29,373 bases of DNA from an uncultured virus (IMG/VR IMGVR_UViG_3300022468_000816) (taxonomy: Duplodnaviria > Heunggongvirae > Uroviricota > Caudoviricetes), in the IMG/VR virus record IMGVR_UViG_3300022468_000816; one strand, 5' to 3'. Each line of letters opens with the position of its first letter. Positions within the stretch are counted from its first letter, which is position 1. The notes under the pieces were generated by a model. It was not told where the DNA came from. It was given only the letters and a program-made list of their open reading frames with translations, and ran no database searches. The position numbers and the translations under genes are program-made. Of the stretch, positions 9,673-16,539 are shown one piece after another.

Positions 9673-11126
9673 TCTGGTCCGCGGAGAAAGATGGACGATT
9701 TGGTGATGACCGGGTTTCCGGGGTCGAAGTCGCCGTTGTTGCCGGTGGCGGATTTGATCTGCTCGGGGCGGAAGGCCACCAATTCGGTGATCGCACCGGA
9801 TTGGTCTTTAACAATCACCCCGTCGTACTTGCTGCGGTCAACATCCACGCGCCCCCACTGCCCAGCGTCCACTACGATGGGTCGCTGGATGCTCAGGTAA
9901 GCTGGGATGATGTTGCCGCCATCAGGGTCTGCGGCATACTGCCCGGCAGTGCCCCATTGCTTCCCGCCGTTGCCGTGCTTTGGCGTGAAATAGAAGCCGG
10001 CGCCATACAGCCCTTCGTCGGTCGCGCTGCCGATCCTCTCCGGGTCGAAGCGCTCGATGTCCGCCGCAGTACCGTGATACACGACCAGCGGCTTGCCATC
10101 GGCGTCCACCACCTTGCTGCCGTCGAACCAGCGCCGGAACTGTGGGGTGTCCACCGGGTGCGCCGGCGCCGCGGTCTGCTCGAACAGGTCCGGCGTGTGC
10201 GCCACGGCGTCCTTGCCCTGCAGCGGGCTGGGCGGCAGCGGTTTGCCGCTGCTGGGCCCGCCGAACAGGGAGATTTGCCCAGGCACTGGCACAGCGCGCG
10301 CATTCCGGCCCTGGTAGCCGGCCATGTTCACCATCTTGCCGTTGCGCAGGTATGGACCGACGTGCGCCTTGAAGAACACCACCATGGATTTCATGGCGAC
10401 TTCGACAGGGTTCTGCTCGCGCCACTCGGCCGCCAGGCGCTCGAACGCCGGGTAGTCGCTCTCCAGCATGTGCTCGATGTCGCGATAGCCCAGGTCCTGC
10501 GCCTTGGAATGGAGCCACTTTTCCTGCCGCTGCAGGTCCTCCTCCAGGCTCTGGCGCTTGTCCTCGTGGGGCGGAACAAATGTGCCGTCCTTTTTCGTGT
10601 AGCCATTGACGTGAGTTTTCAGCAGCAGTGCCTTGATCATGGCCGGCGCTTTACGGGTGGCGCGCACCTTGGCGATGAACTCGGCCACCGGCATGGCCGT
10701 GATTCCGCCGAAGAATCGCGGATCATCGTAGTGGCCCAGGTAGGCGTCCCGGGCCTCGTCTATGCTAGCGAAGTTGATCATGCACTTCTGCTCGTCGGCG
10801 ACGTCCCACTGCTTTCGCTTCATCTGCTGCACCACGTACACCTCGGGGGCGTCCGGGTAGCTGCCGATGAACACGTCCACGGGGTCGCCGTCCATGCCCA
10901 GCGTGCCCAGGATCTCGCCGTAGGCGTAGCGGAACACCGTGCGCCAGGGTTTGCCGGTCTCGTCCACACCCTCGCGCACCGTGCCCTCGGGGTGCTCAAT
11001 CGCCACGGTCAGCCCGTGCCAGTCCTGGCGCAGCTTGGGATAGTCGCCGCTGGCCGCCTGCTCGGGCGTGGGGTCGCCGCCGATCATAGTGCGGGTGGCG
11101 GGGTGCGACTTGAGGAAGACAATCAT
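9666..11126 (-). CDS. Polyvalent protein: N-terminal inorganic pyrophosphatase-like domain + C-terminal ADP-ribosyltransferase (ART-PolyVal-like) domain (486 aa)
   Basis: Pyrophosphatase-like motifs GLTVAIEHPEG...YGEILGTLGMDGDPVDVFIG...DEQK; ART motifs WFDGSKVVDADGKPLVVYHGT...GAGFYFT...YDGVIV...ELVAFRPEQIKSATGNNGDFD. Start moved to ATG 11126 (ATGA overlap with the upstream stop). Confidence 0.85.
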   Translation of the reverse strand: MIVFLKSHPATRTMIGGDPTPEQAASGDYPKLRQDWHGLTVAIEHPEGTVREGVDETGKPWRTVFRYAYGEILGTLGMDGDPVDVFIGSYPDAPEVYVVQQMKRKQWDVADEQKCMINFASIDEARDAYLGHYDDPRFFGGITAMPVAEFIAKVRATRKAPAMIKALLLKTHVNGYTKKDGTFVPPHEDKRQSLEEDLQRQEKWLHSKAQDLGYRDIEHMLESDYPAFERLAAEWREQNPVEVAMKSMVVFFKAHVGPYLRNGKMVNMAGYQGRNARAVPVPGQISLFGGPSSGKPLPPSPLQGKDAVAHTPDLFEQTAAPAHPVDTPQFRRWFDGSKVVDADGKPLVVYHGTAADIERFDPERIGSATDEGLYGAGFYFTPKHGNGGKQWGTAGQYAADPDGGNIIPAYLSIQRPIVVDAGQWGRVDVDRSKYDGVIVKDQSGAITELVAFRPEQIKSATGNNGDFDPGNPVITKSSIFLRGPES

Positions 11127-11818
11127 GATGCAAGCACGGTTGGATTGAAGTATTCGCCGTGAGACCAATGTTTCTGCTTGGCCAGCATCATCGACGACTC
11201 GTAGGCACCAGCGTCACCAACAAGGCAGTACATGAGCAATTCGGCGCCGGGATGTTTCTGGCGAATTCGTGTAAGTCGATAGCGCATGGCGGTTGTGGCA
11301 CTACCGAACTTCACAAAATCACCGACTCTCACCATGTAGAAGATACCTTCTTTGCCAGCAGTTTTCCCTTCTTGGGCCTTGCGAACGCAGTAAGTGAAAA
11401 GAGCTGAGCGGCGCTTCATGTGCTCGCGCAGCTTCTGCTTTGTTTCCTCGGATCGCGGCTTCCCAACCTGGCGAGCGATGCGCTCGGTAGAATGTCGCAC
11501 CCCTCTGGTTGGGCTTGGCTTCCCTTCACGCGATGCGCTCAACCGCTCTCTTGTTTGGATTGAATGCTTGCGGCCAAAAAACGGGTTTGCGTCACCAACA
11601 AGAAGACGGCCGCGTGCGCGATTGTCCTCAAGTCCACAACAGGCCATCCTGCCACCCTGAAATATGTTCCCTGGCAGAACTTCCTTTTGGAATGCGTGAC
11701 GCTCGCAGCGCACTAACGTGCGAACGCCCCAGCCGCGATATTCTCCGATGAGTGAATATCCAGCAGCGGCAATTCGCTCCGCTGCTGCGCTTTGTGAAAG
11801 ACGGATGCTTTTGCTCAT
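11123..11818 (-). CDS. Putative free-standing homing endonuclease: NUMOD3 repeats + C-terminal GIY-YIG-like (T5orf172-type) domain (231 aa)
   Basis: NUMOD3-like NPFFGRKHS..TRERLS, GVRHSTE, GKPRSEETKQKL; C-terminal GIFYMVRVGDFVKFG...RL...E...GEYF; visibly lower GC than flanks; ATGA overlaps at both ends. Confidence 0.72.
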   Translation of the reverse strand: MSKSIRLSQSAAAERIAAAGYSLIGEYRGWGVRTLVRCERHAFQKEVLPGNIFQGGRMACCGLEDNRARGRLLVGDANPFFGRKHSIQTRERLSASREGKPSPTRGVRHSTERIARQVGKPRSEETKQKLREHMKRRSALFTYCVRKAQEGKTAGKEGIFYMVRVGDFVKFGSATTAMRYRLTRIRQKHPGAELLMYCLVGDAGAYESSMMLAKQKHWSHGEYFNPTVLAS

Positions 11819-12954
11819 TTTTGTAGTGTAACCCGCATCCATTCAGCGAAGTCTGGATCGTCACCAACACGTTCCGTTATCGTCGGAACCCATCGGCCTC
11901 TGCAGTGAGGATGGACCAAACCAGCAGGTATCACCCACATCTCCTCGGGTTCGCGCTCCTTGAACACGGTACCGATGCGCTTGCGCGGGGACGCGGACCG
12001 GCCGACGTTCGTTTTCCCTGGCCAGATTTGCGTGTCCCAGTTCTTCTCCGGCGCGTCGGCCGCAACCACGGTGACCACCTTGCCGTCGATCTTGCGGCAG
12101 AAGGCGCACGCGTTGCGGTACTGCTCCACCCGTTTGACCTTGGTGCCGGGCTGCAGGCTGGAGACGTAGCCGTGGGTCTGGGCCTCGCCTGCCTCGGTCA
12201 CGGCGATGCGCCGCCAGTCGCGGTTGAGCGTGCCGAACTGGTCCAGGAGCTTGGTCTCCAGCGAGGAGCCCGGGCCCGGCGTGCCCAGCTCGCGCGCCTG
12301 CACGTGCTCAGCGATCACGGTGCGCATCCGGTGGCGGGCGTCGTTCGCCAGGTTGCGCACGTTCTCCGCGCAGCGCACGGCCGCGAATTCCATGGTGGCG
12401 CGCTGGGCCCGGGATCCGCCGAACGCGGCGATGGCCTCGGCCACCGTGCTGGGCATGGACGCCAGCAGCACGTCGGCCTGCTCTGCCGTGACCCCGTCCA
12501 TGTTGGCCTGCACGCGCCCCATGAGGCTGGAGCGCGTGGCCATCCACTCGGCCTCGGTGCGCATGTCGTCGGCCGGCAGGTAGCGCTGCGCCAGATAGTC
12601 CACCGCCAGCATGTGATCATCGAGGGTCCACTCGGCCGCCGGCAGGTGTTCGAGGTAGATTTTGACCAGCGACAGCTCGGGCTGCGTCCAGCGCTCCATG
12701 AGGCCTGCCGGGCGGGCGATGCGCTCGCCTGGCGTGTGCCGGTTGCCGTTGGACCACGCCAGGAGCTCGGAGCGGAAGGCTTCAAGGCGATCGAGGCCGC
12801 GCTGGGTGAACAGCTCGACCAAGCGCGCCAGCAGCGGCGAGTCCATGGGCTGCCAGATGTCGCCGTCGTGGTCGTGCGTCGCCTTGCACAGGAATTCGAG
12901 CGCCGCGTTCGTGCGCGGCTCGTCGAGGTCGATCAGGTCAATGAAAAGGCCCAT
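11815..12954 (-). CDS. Phage head morphogenesis / minor head protein (SPP1 gp7 / Mu F-like)
   Basis: RDWRRIAVTE, ACAFC and HPHCRGRW motifs; head-module context. Confidence 0.85.
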   Translation of the reverse strand: MGLFIDLIDLDEPRTNAALEFLCKATHDHDGDIWQPMDSPLLARLVELFTQRGLDRLEAFRSELLAWSNGNRHTPGERIARPAGLMERWTQPELSLVKIYLEHLPAAEWTLDDHMLAVDYLAQRYLPADDMRTEAEWMATRSSLMGRVQANMDGVTAEQADVLLASMPSTVAEAIAAFGGSRAQRATMEFAAVRCAENVRNLANDARHRMRTVIAEHVQARELGTPGPGSSLETKLLDQFGTLNRDWRRIAVTEAGEAQTHGYVSSLQPGTKVKRVEQYRNACAFCRKIDGKVVTVVAADAPEKNWDTQIWPGKTNVGRSASPRKRIGTVFKEREPEEMWVIPAGLVHPHCRGRWVPTITERVGDDPDFAEWMRVTLQK

Positions 12955-12960
12955 GGCGCG

Positions 12961-12976
12961 ATGATGCGGTCACGAC
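12961..12976 (-). promoter_or_regulatory. Late-promoter-like motif, copy 3 (GTCGTGA-CCG-CATCAT), 6 nt before ATG 12954
   Basis: Consensus match with identical spacing to the ATG. Confidence 0.75.
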
Positions 12977-12978
12977 AG

Positions 12979-13174
12979 ATGGCCGGGGCAGTTTCCCACC
13001 CCGGCCGTCGCCGCCTCTCGCGCGGAATCGGATCAGCCCTAGCGTCAACAGCCGAAGCCGCTGGAGAAACGCCGACCGCCCCACAGTAAACGATCAACGC
13101 CGCCATGCTGATCTGCGGCCTTTATTTCCCGAATGAGCCGCATACGGTCAGCACTCGCAGTCACCCTCGCGGGC
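12979..13174 (-). ncRNA. Candidate ~195-nt structured late ncRNA
   Basis: Begins right after motif copy 4; long interrupted hairpin 13106-13153 and 10-bp hairpin 12979-13008; no credible ORF. Confidence 0.45.
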
Positions 13175-13180
13175 ACCCTG

Positions 13181-13196
13181 AGTGTGGCGTCACGAC
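13181..13196 (-). promoter_or_regulatory. Late-promoter-like motif, copy 4 (GTCGTGA-CGC-CACACT)
   Basis: Consensus match directly after the terminator T-tract; no start codon at the predicted +1. Confidence 0.65.
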
Positions 13197-13222
13197 AAAA
13201 AAAGACCCGCACGAGGCGGGTC
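13197..13222 (-). terminator. Intrinsic terminator closing the tRNA/tmRNA transcript
   Basis: GACCCGC-ctcgt-GCGGGTC followed by T7 on the minus strand. Confidence 0.85.
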
Positions 13223-13458
13223 AATGGTTGCAGCAGTGGCAGCGGCAGCAATAGGGGCGGGGCGATGGCGCAGGCGGATCCTTTCACGGCTCGGCCGGGC
13301 TACCCTGCGCAGCGCCTCGGCATCATGACTTCATCCCGTGCTTCGGCTTGCGCCACACGGTTAGCCCCTCTCGGGGGGGTGTATTCGTGCCAGCGTTTCG
13401 GCTGGCCGAGCCTGTTCTGTTCCTACGTTCTCAGGCTACGCGCCGTCCGATCTCTCGA

Positions 13459-13844
13459 TCAGACCGCCAGGGCTGCATCACCGGTCACGGCATCGCGGGA
13501 CGATGCGGAGGCCTTGGCGATGGCAGCAAAAGCGGCCACAGACGAAGAAGCAAAAGCGTTGTTGGCAGTTACTTTGGTTGCTTGGTTTTGCCTTGCGGCC
13601 GGGCTCCGCTTGCCCGAGTCGTCGGTTTCCATTTCCTCGCGCTGTCGAAACCTGGTCAGCCCCACCCGATGGCACTAAAGGTCGATCATATTTCAGGGCT
13701 CCCGCCCGCTAACGATCAATGCCACCTGGTGGAGCTGGGCGGAATCGAACCGCCGTCCAGCACGCACCCACTTCAACTTCCAGGCAGCGTTTCGGCTGCC
13801 ATACGACCATCACACTGCGGGCCGACGAAAGCCCATCGTGTTCC
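13459..13844 (-). ncRNA. ssrA: Circularly permuted (two-piece) tmRNA gene. Acceptor piece ~13844-13727 ends in CCA; 63-nt intervening hairpin 13726-13664; coding piece starts at 13663 (3' end uncertain, beyond 13459)
   Basis: The 3'-type end GACGGCGGTTCGATTCCGCCCAGCTCCACCA precedes the 5'-type end GGGGCTGACCAGGTTTCGAC. The 7-bp acceptor stem has the G3:U alanine determinant; helix 2a is CAGCGCG/CGTGCTG; the resume context is TAACT-GCC-AAC; the tag frame is 13566-13459. Confidence 0.9.
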
Positions 13845-13920
13845 TGGTTGCAGCAGCAGGACTTGAACCTGCGACCTCCGGGTTATGAGCCCGCCGAGCT
13901 ACCAACTGCTCCATGCTGCA
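13845..13920 (-). tRNA. tRNA-Met(CAT), initiator type (fMet), CCA encoded
   Basis: 76-nt cloverleaf; anticodon loop CTCATAA with three consecutive G-C pairs; A11:U24; U1:A72 instead of the C1xA72 mismatch. Confidence 0.93.
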
Positions 13921-14012
13921 CCTTCAAGACGACCATCTGAGCCCTGGCTTGGCGCCATTACGCTTCCGTTGCCCGCCGGAGTCGAACCGACGCAGACTGG
14001 TCGACTTGAAGG
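13921..14012 (-). ncRNA. Candidate structured RNA with a T-arm, abutting the tRNA 5' end
   Basis: 15-bp terminal stem with 1 mismatch (CCTTCAAGTCGACCA/TGGTCGTCTTGAAGG) enclosing GTCGG-TTCGACT-CCGGC. Confidence 0.5.
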
Positions 14013-14081
14013 CCCTGCTCGCGCAGGATCTCCAAGGCCGGGTACGTCTCCGGCGCGGGCTTTCACCGCTCGTGTAGCCTC

Positions 14082-14165
14082 CTCACGCTCTGCGAAGGTC
14101 GAATCGCGCAGCTCCTAAGCTGTGAACTTTCGTTCCCGCTGGCCTCCAGCGGCTCTCGGCGTGAG
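14082..14165 (-). ncRNA. Candidate five-way-junction structured RNA element
   Basis: Closing stem CTCACGC/GCGTGAG with four back-to-back internal hairpins, one with a GAAA tetraloop. Confidence 0.45.
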
Positions 14166-14270
14166 CAGGTTTTCAGCCACTCCCTGTTTGTGATGCAGAC
14201 ATTCACCCGGCTTGATTCCCAGTACGGTCTGCAAGCGCTGTCGGAATGCTTGAATTCTAATCCAAAAATA

Positions 14271-14867
14271 TCAGAATTTGTCCAGCCCCGTGAGATAAGT
14301 TGTAGAAAAAAGACTATCCAGCACGGGATGACGTGCGCCCATGGCCTGAACCACCTGTCGGGCGTCGTCGAAATACTTGCGCTTGCGATCCGTGGGCCAG
14401 TCAGGCGGGCTCGCCACCAGGTCGCGCAGGTTGGCCGTCTTGTCGGCCACCTTCACCGCCGCGGCGCGCGCGCTCATCTTGGCCGCGTGGGCAGCCTGCC
14501 ACGCCGTCTTGCCGCCCGGGCCGAAGTCTGCCGGGTTGGTCAGCTCGGCCACCACGTCGGCCACATCGTGCCCGAACTCGGCCACCAGGTTGGCGTGCGA
14601 GACGCCGGTGTCCTCCATGGTGTCATGCAGCAGCGCGGCCTGGAGCACGACGGGATCCGTGATGCCGGCCTCGTCGTGCAGGATGCGCGCCACGGCGCGC
14701 GGATGCTCGATGTAGGGGACCTTGGGCGCGCCGGGCTTGCCCTTGCGGTACTGCCCGGCGTGGGCCTTCTCGGCGTATGCGTCGGCGCGCCGGACGTGGG
14801 GGGCGACGAAGACGCCGCTGCGCATGTGGCCACCGACGTGGACCACGGACTTGAAAAGCAGGATCAC
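14271..14867 (-). CDS. HD-domain small alarmone hydrolase (Mesh1/SpoT-hydrolase-like) with an N-terminal cargo-type leader
   Basis: AHAGQYRK...PYIEHP...AALLHDTMEDT...FG..VA..V.ELT...VKVADKTANLRD; GTGA overlap with the upstream gene. Confidence 0.92.
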   Translation of the reverse strand: MILLFKSVVHVGGHMRSGVFVAPHVRRADAYAEKAHAGQYRKGKPGAPKVPYIEHPRAVARILHDEAGITDPVVLQAALLHDTMEDTGVSHANLVAEFGHDVADVVAELTNPADFGPGGKTAWQAAHAAKMSARAAAVKVADKTANLRDLVASPPDWPTDRKRKYFDDARQVVQAMGARHPVLDSLFSTTYLTGLDKF

Positions 14868-15085
14868 GCAGGCTCCTTGGCGGGCTCCTGCTGCTCGGGG
14901 GTCGCGTCCTGCTCAGCGCCGCCCATCAGGGCCTTGGCTGCGGCCTCGTCGATCTCATCGCCCCAGTCGACATCCTTGGGCACGCTGCCCTTGTAGGGGA
15001 CGAATTCCTTGCCGTTCCACACTTCCTTGGGCCAGGCCCGGGCGGGACCTCTGAACAATGCGCCCTCGTTTTCGATGTAGATCAT
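14864..15085 (-). CDS. Small hypothetical protein (73 aa) between synthetase and hydrolase
   Basis: ATGA/GTGA overlaps on both sides; natural composition. Confidence 0.8.
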   Translation of the reverse strand: MIYIENEGALFRGPARAWPKEVWNGKEFVPYKGSVPKDVDWGDEIDEAAAKALMGGAEQDATPEQQEPAKEPA

Positions 15086-16539
15086 TTGGCAACCCTTAGA
15101 AACAACACCTGCATTTTATTCCCTTGATCGGATTTGATCAACGGCTTGTCCGCGCTCTGTTGCGCGCCAGCACCGGTAGCCTTCGACCAGGCCTCGTCGT
15201 AGACCTGCTTCTGCCGCTTCACGGCGTCGTAGTAGGCGGTGTGGTCGGCATCGGACCAGAGATCCGACGGCGACGGCTCGCCGTACTTGCCCTGCAGCGT
15301 GCGCGTGATCTCGTAGTCCTTGTGGCCCTTTTCCTTGGCCAGTGTCATGGCCTTGGTGTGCACCTGCAGCTCGGCCACCATGCCGTTGGGCAGCTTCACG
15401 AACGCCATCAGGTCGCGGTAGCCCTCGGGCGTGGGCTTCTCGAAGCGGTTCTTCGGCTTCATGGCGATCTCGATGCCGGCGGCCTTCATGTGCTCCAGCG
15501 CCTGCTTCACGTGTCCCATGGTGGGCACGCTGATCGTCGCGCGCACGATGTCGCGCAGCTGGGACCAGTCGCCGCCGTAGTCGGCCTCGACCTTCTCCTT
15601 GGCGCGCTTCTCGCCCTTGAGCGGCGCCACGAACAGGAACCCCTCGTCGTTCTCCCACTGCTCGGGCGTGATCGCCTCGGGCTTCATGCCCGACTTGAGG
15701 CCCATGGCCTGCTGCACCTTGCCCAGCATGCCCTTGAACTGCTCCAGGCCTTCGGTGCCTTTCTGCACCAGCTCATCCCAGCTCGCGGCCGGCTGATTGA
15801 CCTTGGCGGGCAGCGCCTCGATGGCCGCAGGGTCGAACAGCGCGCTGGCGTCGCCGCCCGCGGGCTTCGCGGCCGCGCCGCCTGCCGCCGCTGGATCCTC
15901 GTGGGGCGACTTGTCGGGCGCGCCCTCCCCCTCCCAGTGGTGGGTGATCTTCTCGTGGTGCACGCGGTGCTCGCCGCCCGCCTGGTCGCGCACGGTCACG
16001 CCGTGCTGGCCGGCAGCCGTCACCTCGCCGTGGCCGCGGTGCTCGCCGTTCTCGAACCCGACGTGCTGGCCCTTCTGGGCGGGCGGGCCGCCGGCGCCGA
16101 TGCTGACCCAGCGCGTGGTTTGCACGCCGTTCTTGTCGGTGACTTTCTTCTGCTGCAGCCCGGGACCGGGGGGCGCGCCGGCTTTCAAGAACAGCACGGG
16201 CCGCTGCCCGAACGCTTTCGCGACCATAGGATCTTCCTTCGATTCATTGGGCATGGCGACATACCGGCGGCGGCCCTGCGCGTCCTGGACGAGCATGCCG
16301 TCCTCGCCGTGGTCGATGACGTTGTAGCGCTGGGGCGCTCGCTTCTTGTGGCCCAGCACGTGCTCCCACTTCACGGGGTGGTGCTGGCCGTCGATCTCGA
16401 CGGTGACGCCGTGGCGGCCGTGCGCGCGCACGATGCCGGTGCAGGGCTGGCCCTTGTGGTGCACGTACAGGTGGTCATCCACCTCCACGTCGGCGCGCGG
16501 CTGCGGCTCGGGCTGCTTTTTCGGTTTGAAGGTGGTCAT
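15082..16539 (-). CDS. RelA/SpoT synthetase-domain (small alarmone synthetase-like) polyvalent protein (485 aa)
   Basis: PLKGEKRAKEK...LRDIVRAT...GYRDL...AELQVHT...GHKDYE. True start is ATG 16539 (ATGA overlap with the portal stop); the track's 5' extension is out-of-frame portal sequence. Confidence 0.88.
   Translation of the reverse strand: MTTFKPKKQPEPQPRADVEVDDHLYVHHKGQPCTGIVRAHGRHGVTVEIDGQHHPVKWEHVLGHKKRAPQRYNVIDHGEDGMLVQDAQGRRRYVAMPNESKEDPMVAKAFGQRPVLFLKAGAPPGPGLQQKKVTDKNGVQTTRWVSIGAGGPPAQKGQHVGFENGEHRGHGEVTAAGQHGVTVRDQAGGEHRVHHEKITHHWEGEGAPDKSPHEDPAAAGGAAAKPAGGDASALFDPAAIEALPAKVNQPAASWDELVQKGTEGLEQFKGMLGKVQQAMGLKSGMKPEAITPEQWENDEGFLFVAPLKGEKRAKEKVEADYGGDWSQLRDIVRATISVPTMGHVKQALEHMKAAGIEIAMKPKNRFEKPTPEGYRDLMAFVKLPNGMVAELQVHTKAMTLAKEKGHKDYEITRTLQGKYGEPSPSDLWSDADHTAYYDAVKRQKQVYDEAWSKATGAGAQQSADKPLIKSDQGNKMQVLFLRVAK

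Noticed and set aside
11123..11842. Endonuclease inside a group I intron or intein
   Set aside because: The flanking genes are complete and coupled to it by ATGA overlaps, leaving no non-coding room for a ribozyme core
13261..13350. SAH-riboswitch-like string CCGAGGCGCTGC
   Set aside because: Downstream pairing elements do not match and no regulated gene follows; left as an unassigned structured region
13459..13665. 68-aa ORF MGLTRFRQ...ALAV as a protein gene
   Set aside because: It is the tmRNA coding piece; only the last 35 codons are the tag frame
13727..13760. tmRNA 3' fragment as a prophage att-site duplication
   Set aside because: The matching 5' end and tag frame lie 63 nt downstream with intact pairing; no integrase or host-phage boundary nearby
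13389..13815. Hammerhead ribozyme suggested by CGAAAC
   Set aside because: No correctly placed CUGANGA core; CGAAAC is a simple hairpin loop here
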